Under the pieces are notes generated by a model. The model was not told the DNA's origin, made no database searches, and saw only the letters and a program-made list of their open reading frames with translations. The position numbers were made by a program, and so were the translations under genes. This document shows positions 34,461 through 47,252 of a DNA stretch of 64,000 bases, piece after piece. Origin of the DNA: Callorhinchus milii (taxonomy: Eukaryota); assembly GCF_018977255.1 (NCBI RefSeq), contig NW_024704743.1, positions 111,292,001-111,356,000 of the forward strand, read 5' to 3'. Position 1 is the stretch's first letter; each line of letters starts with the position of its first letter.

Positions 34461-37400
34461 GTGGGACGTCTTTCCGACCTGAAAGGCTCTTAATGCAAAT
34501 GCAATTTGTTGTTGTTGTTGTTGTTGTTGTTGACTCAGTGCTTTTCTGTTGGCTGCCTGTGTGCTCCTGCTGTTGGGCTGCTCAAGGCGCGTTGGTTTTT
34601 AAAGAGCAAGACGCGGGCTTGTGTTTCCTATTTCCTTGGCCTCACGTTGCATCTCCCTTGCAGTAATGCAGCAGGTACCAAACACCGAGCGTCATTTTTT
34701 TGTATGATTAGCTTGCACTTGGCCTGATCTCTGGCGGGCAGACGGATTTCCCACCTGGAGATCCGTCAACAGTAATGTGGTCGAACGCTGATCCTCACAA
34801 CGAAATCCGCTGAAAGTCTTCAAAAGTAAAAGGATCAGTTATTGATCTGCAAAATGTCAGACAGTATCTCCTGAAATTCTGGGCACGGACAGAGACAGCA
34901 GAACAAGAGGGCATAGGTTTAGAATTAGGCTACGAAAGGCAATTTCAGACCGGACACCAGGAAGCATTTACAAAACAACGCAAAATCTTGCAGATGCTGG
35001 AAATCAGAAACAAAAACAGAAATCGCTGGGAACACTCAGCAGGTCAGGCAGCATCTATGGAAAAAAGGAAAGCGAGTCAACGTTTTGGGTCCACGACCCT
35101 TCGTCGAAATTCCAAGAAGTATTTCTTATCTCAGTATTTAATAATAATAATAATCCTTGCATTTGATATAGCGCTTTTCACATCGGGAGGACGTCCCAAA
35201 GCGCTTCACAGAACACACTGTAAAGTGAATTGACTGTATATTTGTGGGCGAACGCGGCAGCCAATTGCGCACAGCAATGTCCCACAAACAGTTGTAGATT
35301 GAAGATGACCAATTTATTATTGTTTTTGGTTTTGGAGGGATTATTATTAGACGTGTGGAGTAAGGAAACTTGCCCAAGGTTTCGCCCTGCCTGGAATTGA
35401 ACTCAGGTCTCTCGCTTGCAAAGCGAGTGCTCTAAACACTGAGCTACAGGACTCCAAATTTCAATGTGCTGCATTGTTGTAGGTGTGCTCTAACGTGGGA
35501 GTTACTGTCCTTCAGTTGAGAATTTAACACTGAAGTCCAGCCTGCCTCTTCAGGCGCTGTTAAAGATCCTATGGCACTAATCAAAAAGAGAAGAGAGTTT
35601 CTCGCCATCGATCTCTATCCCCCCCCCCCCGGCAGCTCCCCAAATCAAATTCGTCATTCACTCATGGCTGTTTGCTAGAAACTACTCAAAGTGGCTGTCA
35701 CTTCACACACAAAGTACACAGCCATTCCACTTAACAGTATGTCCTGTGAAGTCCTTCTCCAGATGTGAAAAGCGCTATACCAAATGTAAGGATTATTTTA
35801 TTACCAGGAAGGGTGGCTGAGACCAGTACGCTGGGCTCATTTAAAAAGCAACAGCTGCTTGATGCTGTGATGGGTGGATAGTAGGGTCGGTGTTCTGGGA
35901 GGATGAGAGTAGATGGGCCAAAGCACCTTTCTCATCTGTATTCTTGTAATCTTGTGACCTCTTAGTGAAAATGTTCAGTTTCATTCAGATGGTTGCACCC
36001 TTGTTTCTGGCTCAAGGCCCAGATCAAAACCACACCTCATTAATTTAAGTTCATTACCTAGGAGTGCTACATTGTTGAAGGTCCCTTCCTTCAGGGGAAG
36101 CGTTAAAACAAAGCTCCTTTCAGGAGTGTAAAAAGCAGGGATTTAGTTGTCCTAGTTAGTTCTTCTGGTGTGCTATCCAATACTTCATCCATAAATCCCT
36201 TCATATATCTCTTTATCTGCTCGCTGTTTGTGAAATGTTTCTGAGTAGATTAGCTGCTGTGTTTGCTTAAATTGTCAGTCTGCTTTAAAAGTAACTCATG
36301 AGGTGAAGATTATTTGAGATTATGTGCAATAACAAATGTAAATATTTCATTATTATTATTATTACTACAGCATCCACATTTTGACCCCTAAGAATTAAGA
36401 ACAATTAAGTAACAAGGTTGAGCGCAGCTGAAATTCTAACGTTAAAAGACTGGCAATTCAGTTAGAAGCTTCAGAAATATTATTTTTAACAATCTACAGT
36501 AGTTATGTTGTTTCAGTCAGAAAACCTGTAGTTGATGCAGACACTGCTTGAATTGGCAGCGTCTTTGTGACTATGTCTGTGTGTGTGTGGAGGGGGTGGG
36601 GGGTTGCAAGAGCCAGAAGATCCTTTTTTGTCTCATAAATCCCACTTACACAGAAATGGCATAAAGATTAATTTTGTCATTATTTTTTCCATTGTGCTAT
36701 GTGTTTGGTAACAGATAAAGAAAGGTGTGTTAAACAGTTCTAAAGATACTGAAGGCTTATGAAATATAAGTGTCTCCTGTTATTTTTCTTTCTAATCCCT
36801 GCATCCTTTATACAAGATCCCCGCATTTTTCTGCTCTGGCTGAAATACCTTCTGCTGAATTGTTCAAACGTGTGTTTTTGTAGCTTAACCTCAAAGGCAG
36901 TATTACAAGTATGGTATGGTTTCATCTGGAAATTTTGTAGCGCACAATTCCTTCGAAGTCCATGGGGATGACTGTTCAGTACATTTTAATTGTGCACAGA
37001 GAGGGCACTTGAATCAGAAGTCAAGTTTCACAGGTCAAAGGACAGTTTTCAAACTCGATAAGCCATCGAATGTACCAGATTCCGTTTTTCACTAGATCAC
37101 AAGCCTTTAGGCCCTCTGTCATTGCTTTCATAAATAATTTGACTAATATAGATCTTATACCTCTGAGATCTTATAGGGGTATGTAACATTTTAAATGGGA
37201 TGGAAAAAAACAATACTTAGGATGCACCAATACAGTAGAGGAAAAGGCCATAGGCTTAGAATTGCAAAGGGCTACTTCAGGACAGAAACAAGAAAGTTTT
37301 TCTTAACCAGGATGATAATTAACAACTTGAACAACAGGATGCAGGGACGGGTGGTTGAGAGCAGGACACTCATTGATGCGGTGATAAGAAAACTGGTAGG

Positions 37401-40400
37401 TTAGGTGTTCTGGAAAGATGGAAGACAAATCCTTCGAAGAATGAGGTCAAATGGGTAGAAGGACCTTCTTCATACAAATCAATAGGATTTCTATTTTTTT
37501 TACAGGTGGAACTTCATATCCATCTGGATGGAGCCATAAGACCTAAAACAATTCTTGAGGTTGCTAAGTAAGTGATTTACCATTCAGTGTTCTCATTTGT
37601 ATATTTCAGCATATGCAAAATAAATAGTGTAACATTGTCACTGGAACTCTCTGAATTCTCGAAACACCAAGAAACACCAATAAATACAGTAATTTATGCT
37701 TGCAAAATACATGGTTATTACATGTTGTGAATCACTTTGAGATGTCCTGATGTGAAAGGTGCTTTATCAAATGTAAGAATTATTATGTATTATTAACAGC
37801 AAGGGTTGTATTTATTGGAGAGGAGAAGGATAGGAATATAAGTGTTCAGTGTTTTGAAAGGTGTTAAAAGAATCAACCAGAGAAAGATTATTTGTAATGG
37901 TTGTCAAATTGGCAACAAGAGAGTGTAATCTTGAGATTATTGCTATTGAAAATTGCTTCTACAAAGGATTATTAAGGTGCTGAACATGCCACCACAAGTG
38001 GTGATTGAAGCTGAGTCAATGCTGACACATCAGGATGGTCTGTAGTAATAGAATACCTCCAGTAATCAGAAGCAGATCCACTGGGTGGGGGTTTGGAGCT
38101 GACCTGACCTGTGTTTATTACAAAAGTGAAATGTTAAAAAAGCATTACAAAAATGTTAAGAAATTTTAAAATTGTTAAAAAAAGACAAGAGCGAAATGTT
38201 AAAATGATAACAATGTCAAGTCTAAAAACTTTAAGAATTATATAAACATATACACAAAGTATTCTCTGAATGTGTTCACAGCAGATTCACATTGAGGGGG
38301 AAAATAGCCTACATAGGTGTTGTCTGATAAATTCTAATAAACTCTAATTAATAATAATAAATAATCCTTAAATTTGACATAGCACCTTATCACGTTGTTG
38401 AGACATCTCAATGCGCCTCACAGGATTTTACTGTGAAGTGTAGTGATTGTGTATTTCTACAACAACAAACAACAACAGCTTGGATTTATATAGCGCCCTC
38501 CACGCCGGACGGCGTCTCAGAGCGCTAGATGTATGCAACAATCAATTTGCAGACAGTAACATTCCACGAATAGCCATGGTGAAAGACTGATTTTATTTGA
38601 GCGGCTGTTGGGTAGACCACTGGGAGAAACTCCATTCAGTAAATCCTGTGAAGCACTTCAAGACATTCTCCTGACACGAAAGGTGCAATATCAAATGTCA
38701 GGATTATTTCTTATTATTAATTCGAGTTTAGCCCAAAGATTTCCAATCCTCTGTTGCTATTTGTGAGCATGACAAAAAGCCTGTCAGGTTTTATTCCTGG
38801 ATGCTGGTCTAACTGGAATCAAGTTAGGCTTCTTTCACAAAGTCCGTTTTCATTGATTGAAAACAATCCCCACCAAATGCAGGAATCAGAGATGGTAGCA
38901 CCCAGGGCTTTCCAACTCATAGTGGGCACTACCATTATTCAGATATCCAGGGACATTGATATTTCATAGAGAATCATTTAATGATTTTTCTTTATTTTAA
39001 GGAGAAGAAAAATCAAGCTGCCGACAAAGAATGACAATCAGTTTCTCAAACTTATAACTTGCGATGGGCCAACAACTCTCACTGAAATGCTAACAAAGTT
39101 TGGTTATTTTATGCCTATTGTTGCGTAAGTACATTGCTCTCAGACTTTACTATGATTTGCCCTCCACCCCTGTCACTGATCCTTTGTCATATAATGAAAT
39201 TAATAGTTATAAACGAATATCTCGCCCCAACAGGAGTCCCTTTTCAATGATTGACCGAAATATCATCCTTGTGATGGTATTTTGATGTAAGTTGCTATTT
39301 AGCTTAATATATAACAATATGTTTGGTGTAAAATCCATGACAAAGCCCATTGCCAAATCATTAGGCTTGGATTTTATTCAAGGATCTTTCAGGTGAATAT
39401 TTGTATGTTACTTGGAACGTGATAAATGTAGGACGGTATTAGAGTTTAGTGTTCTGCCACTCTGGTCAAAATATGGGTTTCCTTTACAGTAAATACTGTG
39501 AGGGGCTTTGAGATGTACTCCTGACATGAAAAGTGTTATATCAAATGCAAAGATTATTATGAATAATAATATTTTTTTTGATCCTTACAGAGGTGACAGA
39601 GATGCTATCAGGCAAATAGCCTATGAACTTGTGGAGGATAAAGCTAATGAAAAAATTGTATACTTTGAAGCTAGATACAGTCCTCATTTACTGGCTAACT
39701 GTGATGTTTACCCTATTCCATGGAAGCAATCAGAGTAAGTTGAAGACCTACATTCACAACTTAACTGTTGAACCATTGAAATGTCTGACACACATAAGAG
39801 GAAATTTTGACCCATTATTTTGTGTAAGTTTGCTCCTCTAAGAATCTATCCATCCTGATCCTCATTCCCTGCTCTTTTCTGTCACCTCTTGTACCATTTA
39901 CTACAGTAGCCAGTATCTTCTAATCAGGAATCAATGTGATTGTTCCATTAAGTGCTGGTTAATACTTTTATACTTTCTAAATAGTGTAAAAAAAAAGGTG
40001 GCGTTTTTACGTTACAACATGGGAAGAAAGTGCAACCCAATTACTAGTTTGTTGTAGCCACATGGATTATTTTAACACATTTGTTAAAATTTGGCATATG
40101 AGTGAACTAAATAAAACGTCTTGCATTGTACACTTGAAGTAAAATTTGAAGTAAAAAGTAAAGCTAAGGTTTACCCAATTCAATTTGGTAACAAATTGTA
40201 GTAACATAGGAATAAGAGTGAGCCATTCTTCTCATTCAACCTTGTTTGCCATTTTATTATTATAGCAGATATTTTAATTCTGTTTCCTGGCCTTTTATCT
40301 AGGACCCTTAATCCATATTCCTCAGTTACAGTGGAGTCTTGTTATAATGCGGTTGTTAGGATCTAAGTTCCCACCCTTGTGAGGCATAATAGCTGGACAT

Positions 40401-43400
40401 GTCCACAGTTGGCTGTCACAGTCACAGTCCTGGTGCTAGTTCATATATGCTACATAATCTGCCATCTATTCCATATTTCGATGGCCCCGGAAATTGGCGG
40501 AACTTATTCCTTAAGTTCCTTTTTCAATCACATCTTTTAGTTAGTTTAATCTTGTCACAACTCTCCCTGAATCACTTGCCCTTCCCTCTCAGCTTTCAAA
40601 GCCAGTCTGAAGAACAATCTCTTTGACTGTGCTTTTGGCCGCCTTCCCTTCTGCCTCTCCAGGCTCCCTCCCTGCTGCAGCTATTGCACAGTCTTTGTAA
40701 AACGCTTCGAAACGTCCTCCCTGTGTGAAAGGCCCTGTAAAAGTTCAAATTGTTCTTCCAAACACTTTGAAAATCAGGCACTGTGTCTGCTTTATTTTTT
40801 GTCTTAATTAAAATATTTATTATTTGAATCATCTGTTATTTCAATATTTGCTGCATTTTTGCCCCCAAGAGGTGACCTAAGCCCAGATGAAGTGGTCCGT
40901 CTTGTTAATGAGGGTTTTGAAAAAGGCCAGCGTAACTTTGGCATCAAAGTACGATCAATTCTCAGCTGTTTGCGGCACATGGAAGGTAACTGTTTTAACA
41001 GTGATTTGTGGTACCAGGGATGGGGGACTTTAGTTATGTGGAGAGACTAGAGAAGCTGGGATTGTTCTCCTTAGAGCAGAGAAAGTTAAGGGGAGATTTA
41101 ATAGAGGTGTTCAAAATTATGAGGTGTTTTGATAGAGTAGATAGAGAGAAACTGTTTCTACTAGCCAATGGGTCAGTAACCAGAGGACATAGATTGAATA
41201 TAATTAGCAGAAGAACCGGAGGGGAGATGCAGAGATTTTTTTTTACACAGTTGTTACGGTCTGGAATGCACTGCTTAAAAGGGTGGTGGAAACAGATTGA
41301 AAAACAACTTTCAAAACGGAATTAGAAAGGTACTTGAAAAGGAAAAAAATTGCTGGGGTATGGGGAAAGAGTGGGGGAGTAGGACTGATTGGGTAACTCT
41401 TTCAAAAAGCTGGCAGAGGCATGATTTGGATAACTCTTTTCAAAGAGCCGGCACAGACACAATGGGCTGAATGGCCTCCTTCTGTGCTGTATAATGCTAT
41501 GATTCTAGGATGGACTGAATGGCCTCCTTCTCTGCTGTAATATTCTATGATTCTATGATTGTGCTTTAATATCCTGAGTTTCATTTAGTGCAGTTCCAAG
41601 ATCAGTTTGCTAGTATAGAAGCTCAAAACCTCACATTTCCACGCTTTTACTACCAGGTCTGATAAAATCAACAACTTGTTGATCAGTCAGTTAACTGAGT
41701 GAAGTGCTTTGAGACATCTTCCCAATGTGAAAAGATACTATATAAATGTGAATTGTTGTTGTTACTAACTTCTGAGAAATGTATAATAATTCTTGCATTT
41801 GACATAACGCTTTTCATGTCAGGAAGATGTCTCAAAGCATGTATTTTTTTTGTGTGGGCAAACCCAGCAGCTAATTTTCACACTTCAATCTCCTATAAAC
41901 AACCAAAGCTATCTAAACAATTTTATTTGGGAAATTAATTCTCATTTTGAATAGTGCCTTGGGATCTTCATCATCCACCTGAACAGACAGGCAGACGGGA
42001 CCGCAGTTTACTGTTTCATCCGAAGGACAGCACCTCCAACAACACAGCCCTCACCCAGCACTGCACTGGAGCATTGGCCGAGGAAATATGAGTTCCAATT
42101 CTTGATGTGGGGATTGATCCACAATATATCCAGAACATGAGGGTCTTTTTATTCCATTTCCCTGTGGGTGTTTTTTATGAGCTGTAGAAAAATGGCTTCC
42201 AAATTTAGACTGAATTTAAGAAGTGTTTTTTTTAGTTCTGTATCATCTTACGTTTTAAGATGAAATGGCTTCAATGGCTGAGAGCAGGTGGACTTTCTGT
42301 GTGTTATATGAAAGTTGACTTTTCCTCTCTACATCAACAGCGTGGTCTCCTGAAGTTGTTGAGCTCTGTAAGAAATATCGAAAGGATGGTGTGGTTGGCC
42401 TTGACCTAGCAGGGGATGAATCGATAAACTATGAACCCTCTCGAGGACACGTACAGACGTATCAGGTTGGATCCCAACGTGTAATCTGCATTAGAAAATT
42501 CTGAACAAAACTTTCAATTCTTTAACTGGTTTAATTAATTTTCTGCCGTTAAGTTGTTTCCCATTCTTCGGATGAGACATTAAACCGGGGTCTGTTCATG
42601 TAGACCCAGGGCATCTTTTGAAAAGAGAAGGGAGTTTGACAGTGAAAACCTCTATTCCCCTGTTTTGGTGCAATCCCACCCTTTGTTTTGCATCATTGAA
42701 ACCTCATTAACCCATCATCCCCTGTCCTCTTCCCTATTTTCTTCTTTGTCTTCCTTGCACTGCCTCCCCACTTTCTGTTAGCCCTTAAAAGCTCTCCCTC
42801 CCAACATGCCCCAGTTCTGAAGAAGGGTCGTGGACCCGAAACCTTAATTCACTTTCCTTTCTCCATAGTTGCTGCCTGACCTGTTGAGTGTTCCTTGTGA
42901 CTTCTGTTTTTGATACTGTAAAGTGAATTGACCGTATATTTTGTGGTTGGAAATGAAGGCTCTGAAGCTCCAATAGTAACTGTACTCCTAGCCACAATTC
43001 CTTTACTAGGCAATTGGTTGGCAGAAGCCAAGGCATTAGGTATCTCACAGCTCCTATTGGAGTATTGCAAAAATTCAACCAACTAAATGTTCTGTTGTTT
43101 TATCCTGGAGATATTGGAAATAGATTAACAATGCACACTAGGAAATGGAATGCTACAAGGCTTTCATGTCCTCCCAACGTGAAAGGAGCTATACAAATGT
43201 AATTTTGTTGTTGTGGTTTTCTCAATTTTCCTTGATTACTTCCAGGAGGCGGTGAGGTGCGGAATCCATCGCACTGTTCATGCGGGAGAGGTCGGACCTC
43301 CTGAAGTGGTTCGTGAGGTAAGAATGTGAATAATTCTTACATTTAATTCATCACCTTATCATGTTGTCTAAATATCTCAAAGTACTTTATTGTAAAGTGT

Positions 43401-46400
43401 GGTGAAGGTGGCAGCCAATTCGCACACAGCAAAGTCCCCAAAAAGTCATGAAGTGAATGATTAATTTTATCGGGGGGATTGTCAGCCAGCACACTGGCTC
43501 TTTTGAGCCTTCTCTTTTGAATAGTACCATGGGATCTTTAATGAACAGGGAGATGGGATCTTGGTTTAACGTCTCAGAAGAAGCACCTCTGACAATGCAG
43601 CACTCCCTCAGGACCTCATTGGAGTGCTGGCCTAGACTGTGAGCTCAAAGTCCCAACTTGGGGCTTGAACCCACAAACTTCTGATTCAGAGGCAAGAGTG
43701 CTACCGACTGCCCTTTTACTCCTGACTCACTGAACAGTTGAAAGTGCTGTTGTGAAACGAAAGTGAAGTTATGTGAATGCAGTAAATGTAGATTATTCCT
43801 GGTACCAGTGGTGAATTGTGAAGCAGCCGATTGAAAACAGGAAAATTTGCGATCCAGAAAATATCACTGGAACACTGGAAGAAGAAGGGAGTTTCAGAGG
43901 TTGAATCAATTGATTTTAAAAGATACTTTTGTTACAACACCAATAAAATGGCTGCAGTTCTTTTGAAAGTCGCCTCATTCCTTTCTATTGTGCAAAAATC
44001 CACAAGGGCTACAGGCACACAAACTAAGTTTCCCAAATATCTCTGTGGACTCAGAATGTTGCCTCTTAATGTTTTCTAACTGTAAACTTATTAAAGGATA
44101 ACTTGCTCCTCCGTGTGAATTTATTGCTGTTATAGGCTGTGGAGATTTTGAAGGCTGAAAGAATTGGTCATGGATATTCAATTATTAAAGACGCCAAACT
44201 CTATCAAGAAATACTGCAAAAGGATATCCACCTGGAGGTAGATATGGGTCTGACGGACACAACTGGCGATATATGTGACAGGTTCTATCTGATATGCTGT
44301 TTTAAAATTTCTGTTTTTTTATTTATTTTTTAAGGCATGCCTTTACTCAAGTTATATCACAGGAGCGTGTAAGGCTGATTTTTCAAAGCATCCAGTTGTC
44401 AGGTATGTACTTTTTTCATTCAGTGTAATGAACACTTTGAAAAGTCTGTCCACATTTCTTAAGTATTTCAAGTGCATAATTTCCCCCACTTCAAAGTGCA
44501 TTAAAACAATAAATAATATTTTTTGGATTTGGTACAGTGCCTTTCACACCTGAAGGATGCCTCAAAGAGCTTAGTGGGATTTACTGTAGTGTGGTGACTG
44601 TATTTTGTAGGCAAATTTTGCAGCGAATTTGTGTACAGTGGTGTTCCACAAAGTGAATGACCAATTTTTATTTAAGAATTCCTGGCTGGGCTACCAGAAG
44701 AAACTCAATTCTCTTTTTCAAATAGCGCCTTAGGATTTTTAACATCCACCTGAACAGGCAGACAATACTTTGCTTTAACATCTCATCCGATATGAATACT
44801 TCACAATTTGCACTCAATTGTACTTTGGGTTTATTGTGTTTTATGAATGAACTTTTAGTGAAAACGTATCACTTTTACAAGGAGCTCTTTTCTAACCCTC
44901 TATCTGCAAACAGTTTATAGCAGAGTCTAAAGCTACCATGGCTTCAGTTGGTTTCTATAAAATTTATTTTTTGATACCCTTCCCATTTATGTGGTTGAAC
45001 CCTATTTTTATGAAATAGTGCAATCAACGTCTAGTGGTTTATAAGTGAGTTCATTTTCTGGCAGCCTTCAATATAAAGCAAAGCTCATTCAAAAAAAATG
45101 TTTTATACATTTTACAGATTCATGAATGATGGTGCTAACTTTTCACTGAGTACAGATGATCCACTGATATTCAATTCAACGATTCACACTGAATATAATA
45201 TGGCTGCGAAAGACATGAACTTCACAGAAATGCAGTTCATGAGAATGGTATGTGGAAGGAATGTGTCTCTTTGTCTGCTATTAACTCTTAATATATTCTG
45301 TGCTGAGGTTAGATCAGCACCTCCAGCCAGGACACTATCTTACAACCAGTTTGTACAATATCATACCAATGACTACTCTTAACTTTAAGCAGTGCTGACG
45401 AGAAGAGTGGAAGGCTCAGAGACTGTTTGACACGGTTATTTGTGTCAAAGATTTTATAGTGGTTGGTGACCACCAAATGTCACTCTTTATGTCACTCTTA
45501 AACACCATTTTTGCTAGTAGTTGGATGTTTGAAGATAATTGGGATGTTGAAAGTGGAGATGGGTGGGTGCATGGGTGGATGTGTGGGTGCATGCAGCAAT
45601 ATTGAGGAAACTTGGAAAAAGCATAATAAAAAATCTGCCATAATCTAATAAAATGGTGGAACAGGCTAGCCGGGCTGAATATCCTCCTCTTGCTCCTATG
45701 TACCCACCCATGTATCCACAGAATTTTTTTTTAAATAAAGATAAGGCCTTAGAAATAAGGCCTAAAGACAATGTCAGGTGTATCTTAAAGAAACTGTTGA
45801 ATTTAATTGATCGTATTCTTAATTTGGTGTTTTGCTCATTGCTTCCTTAGTATTGAACTCACACTTTGATGTGGGGTTAGTTGTTTAAATCTGTTTGATG
45901 AAATAGAGCAAATTTGCAGTATTCTTCAGCAACAACAACAAAATTACATTTGTATAGTGTCTTTCACATTAGGAAGACGTGCCAAGGCGCTGGACAATCA
46001 GTGTTTTGGACCCGAGCTGGGGGTTGGGATCGGGGAGGGTGGAGGGCAGGCGGGGACGAAGGGTGACCGAAGGCACGGTCGAAGAGGAGGGACTTGAGAC
46101 AGGTCTTGAAGAAGGCAAGGGAGGGGCTGAGGTGGAGGGACTGAGGGATGGAATTCCAGAGGGTGGGGGCAGAGTGGCAAAAGGCACGCCCGCCAATGGT
46201 GGGGGAGGTGAGGCAGGGGACGTGAAATAGGCCAGAGCCCGCTGAGCGGAGGGAGCGAGCAGCATGGTAGGGGATTAGGAGGTCAGAGAGGTAATGGGGA
46301 GCATGGCCGTGGAGGGCTTTGAAGGTGAGGACCAGGTTCTTGAACTGTATCCTCTGTGTGATAGGAAACCAGTGGAGTCGGGCGAGGATAGGGGTGATAG

Positions 46401-47252
46401 GGTCGCGGAGCCTGGTGCGGGAGAGGACACAGGCAGCAGAGTTCTGGATGATCTGCAGCCTATGAAGGGAGAAGTAAGGAGGCTGACAAACAGGGAGTTT
46501 GCGTTGTCATGCCTGGATGCCTGAATGTGTGTATGAGGGTCTCGGTGGTCTGCGGTGTGAAACAGTAGCAGAGCCGGGTAATGTTGCGGAGGTGGGGAAG
46601 CAGAGCGGATCATAATAATAATAATAATTATCCTTGCATTTGATCTAGCGCTTTTCATGTCGGGAGGACGTCCCAAAGCGCTTCACAGAACACACTGTAA
46701 AGTGAATTGACTGTATATTTGTGGGCGAATGCGGCAGCCAATTGCGCACAGCAATGTCCCACAAACAGTCGTAGATTGAAAATGACCAATTTATTATTGT
46801 TTTTGGTTTTGGAGGGATTATTATTAGGCTCTGTGTGGAGTAAGGAAACTTGCCCAAGGTTTCGCCCTGACCTGCCTGGAATTGAACTCAGGTCTCTCGC
46901 TTTCAAAGCGAGTGCTCTAACCACTGAGCTACAGGACTCATGGCATGGATGTGGGGTAGAAAGGATAGTTGAGGGTCAAACTGGACACCAAGATTCTGAA
47001 CTGACATGTAAGTTACTTAAACGTCAATATTATCATTGGATTTTGTGTCAATATTCTAGTTGTCTGAGAAAAGCAGAATAAACTGTTAAATTTTAAGTTT
47101 TTGATGCTTTTTTTCAGAATCTTAATGCAGCTCGCTCCAGTTTCCTTTGTGAAAATAAAAAAAAAGAACTTCTCAATCAGCTTCGAAAGGCTTATGGAAT
47201 GCCAGAAGAGCCCAAACTCGACACAAATCTGAATAATTATCCATGTTTGTAA
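34136..47252 (+). CDS. ADA: Adenosine deaminase (ADA1 family). 11 coding exons: 34136 (or 34049)-34291, 37506-37567, 39002-39124, 39591-39734, 40870-40985, 42341-42465, 43246-43317, 44136-44237, 44335-44402, 45118-45247, 47118-47252. 410 aa from ATG 34136; start codon uncertain.
   Basis: Spliced frame reads [17 protein letters not shown]...RYSPHLLAN...DLAGDE...[10 protein letters not shown]...ERIGHGY...[10 protein letters not shown]...[10 protein letters not shown]...AYGMP. All Zn ligands and catalytic residues are present (HxH, HAGE, GHG, DD). Exon phases follow the vertebrate ADA structure. It may be a paralog rather than the ortholog of human ADA. Confidence 0.92.
34970..35111 (-). mobile_element. 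Penelope-like element terminal fragment
   Basis: tgcagatgctggaaatc...acactcagcaggtcaggcagcatct...aacgttttgggtccacgaccctt, recognised as a repeat type common in chondrichthyans. Flanked by a 13-bp imperfect direct repeat. Confidence 0.65.
35138..35456 (-). mobile_element. Young tRNA-SINE subfamily copy in ADA intron 1
   Basis: Nearly identical to 8856-9177. Confidence 0.92.
37506..37567 (+). CDS. ADA: ADA exon 2 ([21 protein letters not shown])
   Basis: ttacag| ... |gtaagt; 62 nt; HxH zinc ligands. Confidence 0.96.
39002..39124 (+). CDS. ADA: ADA exon 3 ([41 protein letters not shown])
   Basis: tttaag| ... |gtaagt; 123 nt. Confidence 0.93.
39591..39734 (+). CDS. ADA: ADA exon 4 ([48 protein letters not shown])
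   Basis: ttacag| ... |gtaagt; 144 nt. Confidence 0.96.
40870..40985 (+). CDS. ADA: ADA exon 5 ([38 protein letters not shown])
   Basis: cccaag| ... |gtaact; 116 nt. Confidence 0.95.
41008..41560 (+). mobile_element. CR1 LINE 3' fragment in ADA intron 5, with a duplicated terminus
   Basis: [27 protein letters not shown]; the 3' end ctgaatggcctccttct occurs twice, followed by attctatg repeats. Confidence 0.9.
42341..42465 (+). CDS. ADA: ADA exon 6 ([42 protein letters not shown])
   Basis: caacag| ... CAG|gttgga; 125 nt. Confidence 0.94.
42645..42915 (+). mobile_element. Penelope-like element terminal fragment in ADA intron 6
   Basis: Reverse-complement homolog of 34970-35111 (gaagggtcgtggacccgaaac...gctgcctgacctgttgagtgttcc). 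Confidence 0.65.
43246..43317 (+). CDS. ADA: ADA exon 7 ([24 protein letters not shown])
   Basis: ttccag| ... |gtaaga; 72 nt; catalytic HAGE motif. Confidence 0.96.
43325..43712 (-). mobile_element. Older Deu-domain SINE (SacSINE1/AmnSINE1-like). Other copies at ~4770-4960(+), 18245-18575(+), 35470-35800(+), 41770-42125(-), 44515-44790(-), 48420-48690(+), 52895-53230(+) and 53240-53545(-).
   Basis: tRNA-like head and the central domain gatgagacgttaaaccgaggtcc...cctgttcaggtggatgttaaagatcccatggcactattc...gctgtttgtgggac..tgctgtgtgcaaattggctg, recognised from memory as the DeuSINE core. Confidence 0.75.
44136..44237 (+). CDS. ADA: ADA exon 8 ([34 protein letters not shown])
   Basis: ttatag| ... 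|gtagat; 102 nt. Confidence 0.95.
44335..44402 (+). CDS. ADA: ADA exon 9 ([23 protein letters not shown])
   Basis: tttaag| ... |gtatgt; 68 nt; follows a 97-nt intron. Confidence 0.92.
45118..45247 (+). CDS. ADA: ADA exon 10 ([43 protein letters not shown])
   Basis: ttacag| ... |gtatgt; 130 nt; TDDP signature. Confidence 0.96.
45929..46610 (-). mobile_element. Older L2 3' fragment interrupted by a SINE
   Basis: caacaacaac tail plus L2 3' UTR and RT similarity. Confidence 0.8.
46612..46939 (-). mobile_element. Young tRNA-SINE subfamily copy in ADA intron 10
   Basis: Nearly identical to 8856-9177; inserted in an L2 fragment. Confidence 0.92.
47118..47252 (+). CDS. ADA: ADA last coding exon ([44 protein letters not shown])
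   Basis: tttcag| acceptor; open to TAA at 47250-47252; candidate ATTAAA polyA signal at 47434-47439. Confidence 0.9.
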   Translation, partial: NLNAARSSFLCENKKKELLNQLRKAYGMPEEPKLDTNLNNYPCL

